64,000 bases of DNA, taken from IMG/VR virus record IMGVR_UViG_3300025276_000024, positions 50,830-114,829 of that record. The stretch is one strand, 5' to 3'. The notes under the pieces are model-generated. The model searched no databases and was not told where the DNA came from. It saw only the letters and a list, made by a program, of their open reading frames with translations. Source of the DNA: a virus. Both the position numbers and the translations under genes were made by a program. Below are positions 53,991 to 63,238 of this stretch, piece after piece; positions within the stretch are counted from its first letter, which is position 1; every line of letters starts with the position of its first letter.

Positions 53991-54557
53991 TTATTTAATT
54001 AATTTATTGATTACTTTGGTTAATGTTATTAATGTTTGATTTATATCTTCCAACTTGTCAACCAGTGCTGTAGGACTGTTTGCATCAGGGTTAGGTAAAT
54101 CAAATAATGTTTTAGTTACATCTGCTATAAACTTTGGTTTTTCTATTACAGACTCACCTGATCTAGAGGTTATATCATTTATAACTTTTAATTCACTAAC
54201 CGGTATAAGATGTCTTTGAAACCCTGAACTAGATGTTACTAACTCATATTCTGATTTCCAATGAGGATTACATTTATGTAAATATAATGTTCTTTTTGGG
54301 TCTTCAGTGTCATAGTCAATAGATACAAACTCTGTGTAAATATCTTTATCTTTTTCAAGCTCACTAGGAAAGAATGATACATGTAGATCATCTTTACCTT
54401 TTGGTCTATAAGCCATCTTTGGTATATATAGAGCATTTACATTACCACTTTTTTGGAAATAATCTTCATGCTCTTCTTTTAATTTGTTTACTTTTTGTTT
54501 ACGTTCATCAGGAGTTAGTCCCATAATTTCTGTCTTTATTTTTTTAGTATTTATCAT
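53991..54557 (-). CDS. Hypothetical protein with C-terminal coiled coil
   Basis: 188-aa ORF overlapping the helicase stop. Confidence 0.6.
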   Translation of the reverse strand: MINTKKIKTEIMGLTPDERKQKVNKLKEEHEDYFQKSGNVNALYIPKMAYRPKGKDDLHVSFFPSELEKDKDIYTEFVSIDYDTEDPKRTLYLHKCNPHWKSEYELVTSSSGFQRHLIPVSELKVINDITSRSGESVIEKPKFIADVTKTLFDLPNPDANSPTALVDKLEDINQTLITLTKVINKLIK

Positions 54558-55510
54558 CTACGTTCTTGTTGTGCAGGTGTTGCCATTTCTGCAATTTGCA
54601 TTTTCTCAAATTCTGCTTTGAAAAAACTCATTCTTGCATCACCGTTTCTAGCTTTTAGGAAATGTAGCACAAGAGTTCTATCATTTTCTATAAGATATCT
54701 ATCAGGGCCATAGAATCTAATCTTTTGTTTAGCTGGCCTATTGATACCTATCAACATATCTGCATGTTGTAGCATAGCATCTGATCCAAATATATCTGAC
54801 TCAAGAATATAATTACCATACTTGCCATCAATTGCTCTGTCAGGGTTATCAATATTTCTATTGAGTTGTGATAGTGCAATAAATAAACAAGGATAGTCAC
54901 GCTTACATTGTGTAAAGAATTCACCTAGTTCAAATAACATATCTAATGAATTGTTTTGATAGGGTGCTCTCTTTACAAGCATAGTGTGATCTAATGTAAT
55001 AATTGTTTTCTTTCCTTGATGTTTAACCATGTAAGCGTCAACTTGCTCACGCATTTGATTTACTGTCAAGGGTGTTGATATAATGTCAACAGGATACTTT
55101 ACTCTTTCCTTTGCATACTGGTGACAATTGTTAAGTGTCTCTGTACTTAATACAGATCCTGCGCTACATAGTTCTTTATATGTTTTTCCTGTTATAGAAC
55201 TAAATTCTCTAATAGCTGATGTTCTACCAACCATCTCAAACTGAAATTCTAAAACTCTAAAGTCATCATTAGGATTAAGCATAAAAGACTCACGTATAAT
55301 TTGATCTTTAATCAAAGTTTTACCTGAACCTGGTCTACCACCAATAACAGTCAGTGTGTTCCATTCTAAGCCATCAGTAGCTGCATCATTAAACTTAGGC
55401 CATGGAGTATATATAGATTTCTCTTCTCCTGTTGACCTAGCATACATATATTTTAGTGCATCATTGAAGGCTGTGTATTGGCCCACCCATGCTGGTGTTG
55501 GTTTACCCAT
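54554..55510 (-). CDS. DnaB-like SF4 replicative helicase (no N-terminal domain)
   Basis: GRPGSGKT, FQFEM, TLDH, LSQLNR, SDIFGSD, KARNG. Confidence 0.88.
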   Translation of the reverse strand: MGKPTPAWVGQYTAFNDALKYMYARSTGEEKSIYTPWPKFNDAATDGLEWNTLTVIGGRPGSGKTLIKDQIIRESFMLNPNDDFRVLEFQFEMVGRTSAIREFSSITGKTYKELCSAGSVLSTETLNNCHQYAKERVKYPVDIISTPLTVNQMREQVDAYMVKHQGKKTIITLDHTMLVKRAPYQNNSLDMLFELGEFFTQCKRDYPCLFIALSQLNRNIDNPDRAIDGKYGNYILESDIFGSDAMLQHADMLIGINRPAKQKIRFYGPDRYLIENDRTLVLHFLKARNGDARMSFFKAEFEKMQIAEMATPAQQERR

Positions 55511-55527
55511 ATTTTTTAATTAATTAA

Positions 55528-56118
55528 TTATACTACGTTTTCTTTAAAGTGATCTTCTTCTGTGCTTACACCTTCTACTATCATATCACAATAGTCTGCC
55601 AATGTAGAATGTTTAACTCTATGCTTATCTTGCTTACATATGAAGTACTGACTTGTCTGCATATACAGGTAATCAGCATCTCTGTACTCATTAACGTACA
55701 TTTTAGAGGCCTTAATGACATCTTCCCATGTATATTCATATGTTTCAAAGAACCATCTAAATGCTTCTCCTAAAGCTTTGACATTATTTCTTGCTGGTTT
55801 ACCACTTGGTAGTTTTCTAGCAGGAAATATCTCTCTATATGCATTTATTTTTTCTACAAAGTTTTTACCCATTAGTTGGATATCAGTTTTCTTTTTAGCT
55901 TTAATAAAATAACTATCTAGAGTTGCACATATAACTAAAGCCTGTGCTGTCATAATATATTGACCATCTTTTAATTCAAGAAAGCCTTTCTTTACCAGTG
56001 AGTCTCTATCTTTAGCTACTGCTTCCGGTAATGAGATCCTTTGCTTCATGCCAAATAGGATCAAGCTTTGGTTTGGTGTCAGGTTTGCTTTTAGTATTTT
56101 CTGGAACAGTTCCCACAT
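55528..56118 (-). CDS. Putative replication-initiation/helicase-loader protein
   Basis: Winged-helix-like N-terminus (LVKKGFL); YREIFPARKLPSGK; immediately upstream of the helicase. Confidence 0.4.
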   Translation of the reverse strand: MWELFQKILKANLTPNQSLILFGMKQRISLPEAVAKDRDSLVKKGFLELKDGQYIMTAQALVICATLDSYFIKAKKKTDIQLMGKNFVEKINAYREIFPARKLPSGKPARNNVKALGEAFRWFFETYEYTWEDVIKASKMYVNEYRDADYLYMQTSQYFICKQDKHRVKHSTLADYCDMIVEGVSTEEDHFKENVV

Positions 56119-56545
56119 AAGTTTCTAAGTGTTTTATAATGTTATTATATGCATCAACTACATGCTGATCTTTTGTAAAGAATCCATTCTCCATCATCTT
56201 ACATGAATTTATTACAGTTGCATGGTTGCGTTTAAGGTATTTACCTATACTTGATTTAGAATGACCTTCTTTATGAGCCATATATGACATAAGCTGCACA
56301 TAAACTAAATAATCCCTTAGCCTATTTCTATTCTGTAATGATTTAACATTTGAATAAATTGGGTGTGCTTCATGCAATGCAATTAATGCAGCTTCATGAA
56401 ATACACCTATAGGAACCTTCTTATCTTTTTCTGAAGGGGTGTAAATATACAACTTTACATTAAAAGTTTTATAAAAAGTTCTTTTAAATTGAGCTATAGT
56501 TTCTTGTTTGTCTAGTTTAACGTCAAGTTCTTGAATATCAGACAT
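56012..56545 (-). CDS. DnaA C-terminal (domain IV)-like HTH protein
   Basis: SKSSIGKYLKRNHATVINSC resembles DnaA SLxxIGxxFGxRDHTTVxHA. Confidence 0.65.
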   Translation of the reverse strand: MSDIQELDVKLDKQETIAQFKRTFYKTFNVKLYIYTPSEKDKKVPIGVFHEAALIALHEAHPIYSNVKSLQNRNRLRDYLVYVQLMSYMAHKEGHSKSSIGKYLKRNHATVINSCKMMENGFFTKDQHVVDAYNNIIKHLETYVGTVPENTKSKPDTKPKLDPIWHEAKDLITGSSS

Positions 56546-56582
56546 TTATATTAATTTTAAAGGTTTATAAAGGTAACAAATA

Positions 56583-57293
56583 TTACCAATTTATACAAGT
56601 TTTTTCTTGATTTTCTAACATAGAATTGGCTTTGTTAAATACGTCATTGCAATTCCATTCACCACCTCTATATGCGGCAGATGCAGGATGAGAACACTTT
56701 AAAATTTTGCAATCTGGAAGTAATGTTTGCCACTGTTCAGCTTTCTTACCCATCAATATAAAAACAGTATTCTTATTATGCCTATTTATATTTTCAAATA
56801 CATATTCTGTAAAGCTTTTCCATATACCATAATGTGAACCTATCTTATTAACTTCACAAGTAAATGCTGTATTAATTAGTAATACACCTTGATTAGACCA
56901 ACGTCTTAAATCACATTCTTCTGGTGTATATATAACTTTACCTGTGTCAGTATAATTACCTATAGTTTGTTTAAGAATATATTGCAGGGATTTTTCTGCT
57001 TTCTCTTTTCTACTACAACTAAATGCTATTCCATCAGCAACTCCTAGTTGTGGATATGGGTCTTGTCCTACAATAACAACTTTCATTTTGTCATAAGGAC
57101 ATTCATAAAACCCGTTAAATACATCTTTAAATCTAGGTGTAAAACGTTTGCCGTTTTCTACATGTTCTATCAATGTATTCATTATATGATCAAAGCTTAA
57201 ACCATTTACATATGGTGAAAGCATACGCCCCCATCCGCTTTGTTCTAATTTATCATTTAAATTATCTCTTAAGATATTTATGTCTATTTCCAT
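56583..57293 (-). CDS. ung: Uracil-DNA glycosylase family 1
   Basis: VVIVGQDPY, GIAFS, WSNQGVLLIN, SHPASA. Confidence 0.92.
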   Translation of the reverse strand: MEIDINILRDNLNDKLEQSGWGRMLSPYVNGLSFDHIMNTLIEHVENGKRFTPRFKDVFNGFYECPYDKMKVVIVGQDPYPQLGVADGIAFSCSRKEKAEKSLQYILKQTIGNYTDTGKVIYTPEECDLRRWSNQGVLLINTAFTCEVNKIGSHYGIWKSFTEYVFENINRHNKNTVFILMGKKAEQWQTLLPDCKILKCSHPASAAYRGGEWNCNDVFNKANSMLENQEKTCINW

Positions 57294-57312
57294 TTTATTT
57301 AGTAATTTATAG

Positions 57313-57320
57313 TATATTTG
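57313..57320 (+). promoter_or_regulatory. Bacteroidota-type -7 element (TATATTTG)
   Basis: 15 nt upstream of ATG 57336 of the only + strand gene in this block. Confidence 0.5.
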
Positions 57321-57335
57321 TTAAAACTTTTTATT

Positions 57336-57785
57336 ATGTCTGATACCCGCAAAAGAAACGTAACCACGTATGATTATGAAAAGAATCTTACTGATTTAAC
57401 AGTAAATCCATCATTTATTAATGGATTAGAAACTGTTACATCACTGTATATTCTTAATAGCAGTGAAGAAGACCAGTTAAAGGTTCCTGATGCTATGCAA
57501 AAATTTATTAAAATTGCTAATCATAATCCTGAATCAGGTGAATTACCTAAAGTTGAATTAGATAATTATGAGCAATCATTGTATATTTTGTTTTCTTTGA
57601 CTAATTATTTCAAATATGAAGCAGAAAAACAAGGTATTGCTACAACCAAAGAAGTAGAAATTAATACTGATGATCTAGAAACCATGCAAAAGGCACTTAG
57701 TGAAGCATCTGATAATGGTAATCTTATGGAAACCATGCAGGAACTTGCTAAAACATTTGGTGATTCTATTAAGCCGTCATCTTAA
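57336..57785 (+). CDS. Hypothetical protein (start likely ATG 57336)
   Basis: In frame with the 57318 ORF; opposite strand to its neighbours. Confidence 0.6.
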   Translation: MSDTRKRNVTTYDYEKNLTDLTVNPSFINGLETVTSLYILNSSEEDQLKVPDAMQKFIKIANHNPESGELPKVELDNYEQSLYILFSLTNYFKYEAEKQGIATTKEVEINTDDLETMQKALSEASDNGNLMETMQELAKTFGDSIKPSS

Positions 57786-58160
57786 CTGCATACCATTAAA
57801 GTCACCTATTTCCACGCAAGATTGTATTGCTAAATTCAATTCATCCTTATCACAGTCTGCAAAAGATTTACAATACTCTTGTTTATCTTTTACAAAACAT
57901 AATCCTGAAGATCTTTTCACTTGTATTTTGGCTTCTTCAAAGGTGTAACCAATTTCTTGTGCTATTTCTCTAATCATTGCATGTAAGCGTGCTAGCTGTG
58001 GATTACTACCCTTTGCACCACTTACACCAATGAATATTTCTAATTTAGAGTTGTCTTCTAATTGCTCAAAAAACTTTCTATACTTAGTTCCCATTGCTTT
58101 AATGGGGAAATGTAGCTGACCATCTTTTACAGATGCTTTTATATATAAGTTATCTTTCAT
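57777..58160 (-). CDS. NinB/YbcN-like protein
   Basis: KGSNPQLARLHAMIREIAQEIGYTFEEAKIQVK...KSFADCDKDEL pattern. Confidence 0.55.
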   Translation of the reverse strand: MKDNLYIKASVKDGQLHFPIKAMGTKYRKFFEQLEDNSKLEIFIGVSGAKGSNPQLARLHAMIREIAQEIGYTFEEAKIQVKRSSGLCFVKDKQEYCKSFADCDKDELNLAIQSCVEIGDFNGMQLR

Positions 58161-58300
58161 AAGCTTATTATATTATAGATGCTAAGAACAAGTGCAAATA
58201 CTAAACCTGCAATTATTGTCCAAAAACATCCTCTGTAAGTTTTTTCCATTTTTTCAGGAGATCTACCTTGATTACTCCTGTATTGTCTATGTTTTTTCAT
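58157..58300 (-). CDS. Unannotated small membrane protein (47 aa, MKKHRQYRSNQGRSPEK...)
   Basis: Basic N-terminus plus C-terminal TM helix; ATGA overlap with the downstream gene. Confidence 0.55.
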   Translation of the reverse strand: MKKHRQYRSNQGRSPEKMEKTYRGCFWTIIAGLVFALVLSIYNIISL

Positions 58301-58442
58301 CTGTTTTCCTTTTTATTGGTGTAAATAATAAGTAATTAGGATCATGTGGATCTAATTCAACACCATAAACGCTGACCCAATGGCCTTCATCTAATATGTA
58401 TTTTGTTCCCCCTATGATTTTGGTTTCTGGATTATTCTTCAT
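58287..58442 (-). CDS. Unannotated small protein (51 aa, MKNNPETKIIGGTKYILDEGHWVS...)
   Basis: Overlaps both neighbours by a few codons and fills the gap. Confidence 0.45.
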   Translation of the reverse strand: MKNNPETKIIGGTKYILDEGHWVSVYGVELDPHDPNYLLFTPIKRKTDEKT

Positions 58443-58683
58443 GATCTTCTAGTATTTTATCTTCTATGTTATCTTCTATTAAATTTTGTACATCTACTGA
58501 TATAATATTACCTAGTCTATCAGTAGCACTATACCATACATGGTATATATCTACACTTGGTCCTGTTCCTGGAGTACCTGGATCACCATTAGGTTCTGTC
58601 CAAACTTCTGGTTCTCCTGGATCATAAGCATATTCTACTAGAACTGTTTCTCCTGAATCTGTTGTATATTCTGTTTCTCTCAT
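58432..58683 (-). CDS. Hypothetical acidic protein
   Basis: YDPGEPEVWTEPNGDPGTPG motif; packed gene run. Confidence 0.6.
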   Translation of the reverse strand: MRETEYTTDSGETVLVEYAYDPGEPEVWTEPNGDPGTPGTGPSVDIYHVWYSATDRLGNIISVDVQNLIEDNIEDKILEDHEE

Positions 58684-58934
58684 AAGAATCTTAATGCACC
58701 TCCATCAACGTAAACAAACTCTTGAGCACATTCAGTACACTTAGCATTTGATTCATTACGTAATAATGTAGGCATGTTACAGTTAGGACAAGGAGTATCT
58801 CCTTCTTCTATATATTCTTCTATTGCTTGTCTAGCATAGCTGTGAATCATAGAGTCATGAACACCTTTGTAAAAAGTGTTGTCTGCCTCCATTTCATTTT
58901 GTTGCTCAATAAAGAGCTCTTTCATTCTTCCCAT
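58680..58934 (-). CDS. Zinc-ribbon protein
   Basis: CPNC...CTEC. Confidence 0.65.
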   Translation of the reverse strand: MGRMKELFIEQQNEMEADNTFYKGVHDSMIHSYARQAIEEYIEEGDTPCPNCNMPTLLRNESNAKCTECAQEFVYVDGGALRFL

Positions 58935-58938
58935 AATG

Positions 58939-60063
58939 TTATTTTTTTAGTGGATTATAGTAATTAATTTTAGTGTTATCAAACCCCTTAACTGCATCAG
59001 CTACCCATTTCTCATCTTGTGTACCTTTGTACATAAGTATGTGACAAGTTGCTGTCTCAGTTGGATTTAATCTTAGTAATCTTCCTATTCTTTGTGCTGT
59101 TTTTCTTTCATTACCATATGCATGCATAATGATACCTGCTTTTAGGTTAGGTATTGTAACACCTTCTGATAATTGCAACACACAGGATAACTTATCAATC
59201 CGTCCATCAGAGAATAACTCTAGGTTTTCCTCTGACTTTGGATTATTAGAATGATAACTTTGCTTGCATATTCTGTCTGCTTGTTTCTGGGTATTAGCAA
59301 ATACAATACATTTAGTACTGACATTGTTAAGTATACCTTTGACATAGCTCTCTTTACTTGCATAATCCATCAAAGCTCTCATACGCATAATTCTTCCAAA
59401 CTGTATTTGTTTGTCTGTATTAGCTTGTGCTAGTCTGTTGGTTACATAGTCATAATCCTTTTTTTCTGATGTATACCAGAATCCTCCTGCTTTGTTTTTC
59501 TTCTTTAAAGAAGGTAACTTAGACAGTTCTAATTCATGTATAACAATCTTATAATCATTTAGTATATTTGAATCAGTTGCATCATCCGTAGTAAATGTAA
59601 ATTTAATAGGACAATACTTGTGAACCATCATACCTTTTTCAGTATTGTTATTTTTTGGTGGTGTACCTGTTAATCCTAAGATCTTACCAACAAATGGACC
59701 CAAGAATAGCTCATGTGAATATTTAAGAGAGTGACACTCATCTAAATATACTATATCATAATCATTAGGATCTTTCTTTTTAAGAGATAAGTATGTAGTA
59801 AAAGTAATATGCTTAAGAAGGGAACTTAATCCCATTTTATCTAGTTCATCAATCCAAGATTGAGTAACTGAATGTTTTGGTACAACTACCAAGACTTCTA
59901 TAAGTTGGTTAAAGTTTTTTTGCAGGTGTTGTATTGCTATTCTTGTTTTACCTACACCCATAGATATACCTAAACCACATCTTTTATGTTTTGCTGCTAT
60001 TGTTAATGCATCTAACTGAACTATATCTCTAGTGGAAATATTTTCAGTAGTATTGTTTGCCAT
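58939..60063 (-). CDS. Superfamily 2 DExH helicase
   Basis: MGVGKT, LDECH, GLTGTP, QRIGRLLR. Confidence 0.88.
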   Translation of the reverse strand: MANNTTENISTRDIVQLDALTIAAKHKRCGLGISMGVGKTRIAIQHLQKNFNQLIEVLVVVPKHSVTQSWIDELDKMGLSSLLKHITFTTYLSLKKKDPNDYDIVYLDECHSLKYSHELFLGPFVGKILGLTGTPPKNNNTEKGMMVHKYCPIKFTFTTDDATDSNILNDYKIVIHELELSKLPSLKKKNKAGGFWYTSEKKDYDYVTNRLAQANTDKQIQFGRIMRMRALMDYASKESYVKGILNNVSTKCIVFANTQKQADRICKQSYHSNNPKSEENLELFSDGRIDKLSCVLQLSEGVTIPNLKAGIIMHAYGNERKTAQRIGRLLRLNPTETATCHILMYKGTQDEKWVADAVKGFDNTKINYYNPLKK

Positions 60064-60137
60064 AATATAATTGTTATTGATAAGATTAATGTCCAGGCTA
60101 ATATTTTAACTAACCTATCCTTGTTATGTTGCTTCAT
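60021..60137 (-). CDS. Unannotated small TM protein (38 aa)
   Basis: MKQHNKDRLVKILAWTLILSITIILWQTILLKIFPLEI; overlaps the helicase 5' end. Confidence 0.4.
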   Translation of the reverse strand: MKQHNKDRLVKILAWTLILSITIILWQTILLKIFPLEI

Positions 60138-60151
60138 AATAAATTTATTAG

Positions 60152-60225
60152 TGATTCTGCTAGGATTTGAACCTAGAACCTACAGCTTAGAAGGCTGTTG
60201 CTCTATCCAGTTGAGCTACAGAACC
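60152..60225 (-). tRNA. tRNA-Arg (anticodon TCT), CCA not encoded
   Basis: GGTTCTG/CAGAATC acceptor stem, D arm GCTCAACTGGATAGAGC, anticodon arm ACAGC-CTTCTAA-GCTGT, T arm CTAGG-TTCAAAT-CCTAG. Confidence 0.93.
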
Positions 60226-60231
60226 ATATAA

Positions 60232-60501
60232 CTATGATCTTGAGCCTGAAAATCCTAATTCATAAGATTCTTCTGGGTGTTCTTCTATCCACATGTGACA
60301 GTTTCTACAAACAGGTAGCCATGTAGTAGTATCTAAATGATACACTCCACGACCATGTTTGTGATGAATATCAGTAGCTTGCACAGAACATCTATGGATC
60401 TTTGCATGACATACTGGTTTGTCTGTCAAATACTGCCTACGCAATTTGCTATAGGCTGTATTTAACTTAGACATTTTACTTGAGACTTTTTTAATTGCCA
60501 T
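60232..60501 (-). CDS. Small HNH-like protein (start likely ATG 60501)
   Basis: CHAKIHRC...DIHHKHGRG...WLPVCRNCH. Confidence 0.7.
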   Translation of the reverse strand: MAIKKVSSKMSKLNTAYSKLRRQYLTDKPVCHAKIHRCSVQATDIHHKHGRGVYHLDTTTWLPVCRNCHMWIEEHPEESYELGFSGSRS

Positions 60502-61018
60502 TTGGTTTAATAGTAAAAAAGTTATTAGGCAAGAGACCAACTGACATAAACTTAAGTATTAGATCTTCATAATCAATACCCAAATCTTTAAATGTCATTG
60601 TATTCTTGTAATCATCTAAAGTTTCCTCAGCAGGTATATTTGCAAGAAATAATGCAAGAGGGCTGTGAGGAAAAGTTTTCTTAAGATACGTATTTATTTG
60701 CTTATTGCAAAGTGTTTGTTTCCAAGCATTGATTTCTCTTTGCCCACGTTTCCATACTTTAGTTATACGTCTTCTTTTATCCCAATGTAGTTTAGTAACT
60801 TCTTCAGGTTTATAAACCTTGAGGCCATGCAACACACGTTTAAACAAAAAATGTTGATATGGATTAAGTTTATTGTACTCAAAAGAGTTAATAAGAGATG
60901 GAGGATGAAGCTGGTATTCAGCTAATAATCCTAAGTACTGATAACGTTCAATGCGTTTACTTAGTATTAATTCATTCTCATTTGTTTTTAATTTTGAAAT
61001 TTGTTCATTAGATAGCAT
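60491..61018 (-). CDS. Hypothetical protein
   Basis: 175-aa ORF in the early block. Confidence 0.65.
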   Translation of the reverse strand: MLSNEQISKLKTNENELILSKRIERYQYLGLLAEYQLHPPSLINSFEYNKLNPYQHFLFKRVLHGLKVYKPEEVTKLHWDKRRRITKVWKRGQREINAWKQTLCNKQINTYLKKTFPHSPLALFLANIPAEETLDDYKNTMTFKDLGIDYEDLILKFMSVGLLPNNFFTIKPNGN

Positions 61019-61065
61019 ACTTGTTTGATTTTTTAGTTATAAATTTAGTAAGAGATATGTTATAT

Positions 61066-61091
61066 AGGCTGAGGTTTTTACACCCCAGCCT
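61066..61091 (-). terminator. Stem-loop downstream of 61105..61686
   Basis: AGGCTGGGGTG-taaa-AACCTCAGCCT on the minus strand; no clear U tract. Confidence 0.45.
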
Positions 61092-61104
61092 CATAACTGT
61101 TTAA

Positions 61105-61686
61105 TTAAAGATCAAAAGTCTCCTCTTCAAGGATTTCTTCTTCTTCTTGTTCAACTGTATCTTCTACATCTTCTATGACATCTTCAACTACTTCATCAGT
61201 AGTCTCCGTTTTTAAATCAAAAGCTTCAGCTGTTGTACCTTTCTTGAATTTAACTGACTCAAGTTCAGTACTATTTGCTGCACGGATTGCATCACCATTA
61301 TTGTGAGCTACTAAAGTATCTAATGCATCTACATCATAAGTATACTCAGTTTTCCTATAAATAGGTTGTCCGTCTAGACAGCATATAATTCCAGTATCAC
61401 CTGCATATTTCAGGTCTCTATCTGGATTTGTATTATTAAAAGGCTCTAATGACTCTATTGCTATGATTTTACCAGGTAAAGTTTTACCTAAATTTTTAGC
61501 ATAAGCTGTTAGTTGCTCTGTTTGGCCCATAATTAAAGTTGTAAGGTTTCTTGGCTTTAACCAGCCACCTTTGCCAATTGATACGTCTTTGTATCCTAAT
61601 CTAATGTATCCAAATTCTGGATTGTTCTTGCTTAAGCGCACAACATTTCCCATGTCATCCGCTAGGACTTCTACTTTTTTTTGCAT
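61105..61686 (-). CDS. Hypothetical protein with long acidic tail
   Basis: 193 aa; ends EEEEEILEEETFDL. Confidence 0.65.
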   Translation of the reverse strand: MQKKVEVLADDMGNVVRLSKNNPEFGYIRLGYKDVSIGKGGWLKPRNLTTLIMGQTEQLTAYAKNLGKTLPGKIIAIESLEPFNNTNPDRDLKYAGDTGIICCLDGQPIYRKTEYTYDVDALDTLVAHNNGDAIRAANSTELESVKFKKGTTAEAFDLKTETTDEVVEDVIEDVEDTVEQEEEEILEEETFDL

Positions 61687-61731
61687 TTTTAATAAAGTTT
61701 AAATGATTAATAAAATAATTGTGTGTGATGA

Positions 61732-62007
61732 TTAACTATCATCTGAGTGAAAATACGGGTCTTCCAGTTTTTCATAAGCTTCAATTTCATCAAGGGCTGG
61801 TTCATACTCATCAATTTCTTCTTCTGATGATGATGATTCTTCTGCTTTCCCTGTGTTTCTTGCAAACTTATTATACCATGGATCTACCACTTCCTTTGTA
61901 TAAGCTGAGCTAAGGCCATTCAAGTCATTGTACTCTTCATCTGAAAGTGAAAGGTACTGTTCAAGTGAACACTCTATGATCCTGCCATTTGGTAGTTGTA
62001 TTATCAT
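61732..62007 (-). CDS. Small acidic hypothetical protein
   Basis: MIIQLPNGRIIECSLEQYL; promoter-like sequence upstream. Confidence 0.6.
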   Translation of the reverse strand: MIIQLPNGRIIECSLEQYLSLSDEEYNDLNGLSSAYTKEVVDPWYNKFARNTGKAEESSSSEEEIDEYEPALDEIEAYEKLEDPYFHSDDS

Positions 62008-62026
62008 TATCTTATTAAATGTTTAT

Positions 62027-62058
62027 CAAAGATAATAATATAACTTAACCTGTGTCAA
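62027..62058 (-). promoter_or_regulatory. Promoter: TTGACA element plus TATCTTTG -7 element
   Basis: Minus strand reads TTGACACAGGTTAAGTTATATTATTATCTTTG. Confidence 0.55.
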
Positions 62059-62117
62059 GATAACAGAGTGAATTTAGGTCTTACTCAAAAATAAAAAGCA
62101 TAAATATAGCTAACGCA

Positions 62118-62369
62118 TCATAATATGGTCAACTTATTACCTATTCTTTTTATGTATTTATATGATTTTAGTTCTTTTATCCATCTTTTAACAGATGATT
62201 GACTTGAGCCAGTGTCATCAGCTAATGTACTTATAGATGGCCAACAAAGTCTATTTTTATTTGCATAGCAACATAATACTGCATACAACCCCTTAGCTTG
62301 TACTGATAGTTCAGGATCTGTGCATACTTTGTGCTTTACTATACCAAATCTACTTGATTTCCTGTACAT
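62118..62369 (-). CDS. Winged HTH protein (HTH_36-like)
   Basis: LSVQAKGLYAVL...CWPSISTLADDTGSSQSSVKRWIKEL. Confidence 0.8.
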   Translation of the reverse strand: MYRKSSRFGIVKHKVCTDPELSVQAKGLYAVLCCYANKNRLCWPSISTLADDTGSSQSSVKRWIKELKSYKYIKRIGNKLTIL

Positions 62370-62562
62370 GATTCTTTAATAACATAAGCATGGCCATTGA
62401 TTCATTAACCTCATTGGATAATTCATCACTGTTCATCTTATATTTATCATTCATATACCTGCCAAAGGATATACTCTTACCATCAGCACTTTTAAGAGCA
62501 TTGTCCATTAATCTCCAAGAATTCTGTTCTGCTTGTAGCAGTTCCATTGATATTTTAGCCAT
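62350..62562 (-). CDS. Hypothetical protein
   Basis: 70-aa ORF in a packed run. Confidence 0.55.
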   Translation of the reverse strand: MAKISMELLQAEQNSWRLMDNALKSADGKSISFGRYMNDKYKMNSDELSNEVNESMAMLMLLKNHVQEIK

Positions 62563-63088
62563 TGTTTTCTAATTTTAGTTCAGTTTGATACTCTTCTTTA
62601 AGAAAGGGTATAAATCTTCTATTTATATATGTTGCATGTAAAGGACTTACATTAGTTTCATAATGTTTCAGTGTTTTGTTTTCATCATGATACATTAAGT
62701 TAACCTTTATTTGTGCATGAAATGGATTATATGGATCATTTGTACTCCATGATGTGTCATCTATAACACGTGCATATACATAATATTCATTGTGTTTATC
62801 TCCTTTACCCAAAAGACCCATGTCTTCCAGAACATCTAGTTCAAATTCACTACCCTCATGATATGATGGTGGTATCATTTTTACATAATCTCCAATTTTA
62901 GTAGGAACAAAGGTTTTATCAGTTAACATAAGATGAGCTACAGACTCTAAAGCAGACTCAGAAAGCTCTCTATATATTATATCTTTTATTGCAGATAGAT
63001 TCTTGTCCTGTCTTACAGAACGACTATCAAATATGTTTTCTAAGATACCCTCAAGTATCTCTCCTTGTACGTTATATTGTTTTGCCAT
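62555..63088 (-). CDS. Hypothetical protein (start likely ATG 63088)
   Basis: The upstream 19 codons coincide with a hairpin, so MAKQYNVQ is the preferred start. Confidence 0.6.
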   Translation of the reverse strand: MAKQYNVQGEILEGILENIFDSRSVRQDKNLSAIKDIIYRELSESALESVAHLMLTDKTFVPTKIGDYVKMIPPSYHEGSEFELDVLEDMGLLGKGDKHNEYYVYARVIDDTSWSTNDPYNPFHAQIKVNLMYHDENKTLKHYETNVSPLHATYINRRFIPFLKEEYQTELKLENNG

Positions 63089-63238
63089 TGATTTTATATT
63101 ATAACCATAGACTATACTGCAAACAAGTATGAAATGTAACAGCATAGTCTACGATTGGATTAAGGACACAGCCTAACTACACTAGTATTATTATAGTATA
63201 TAATTACTGGTGTTGTTAGTGGTCCATATGTGAGCCTT

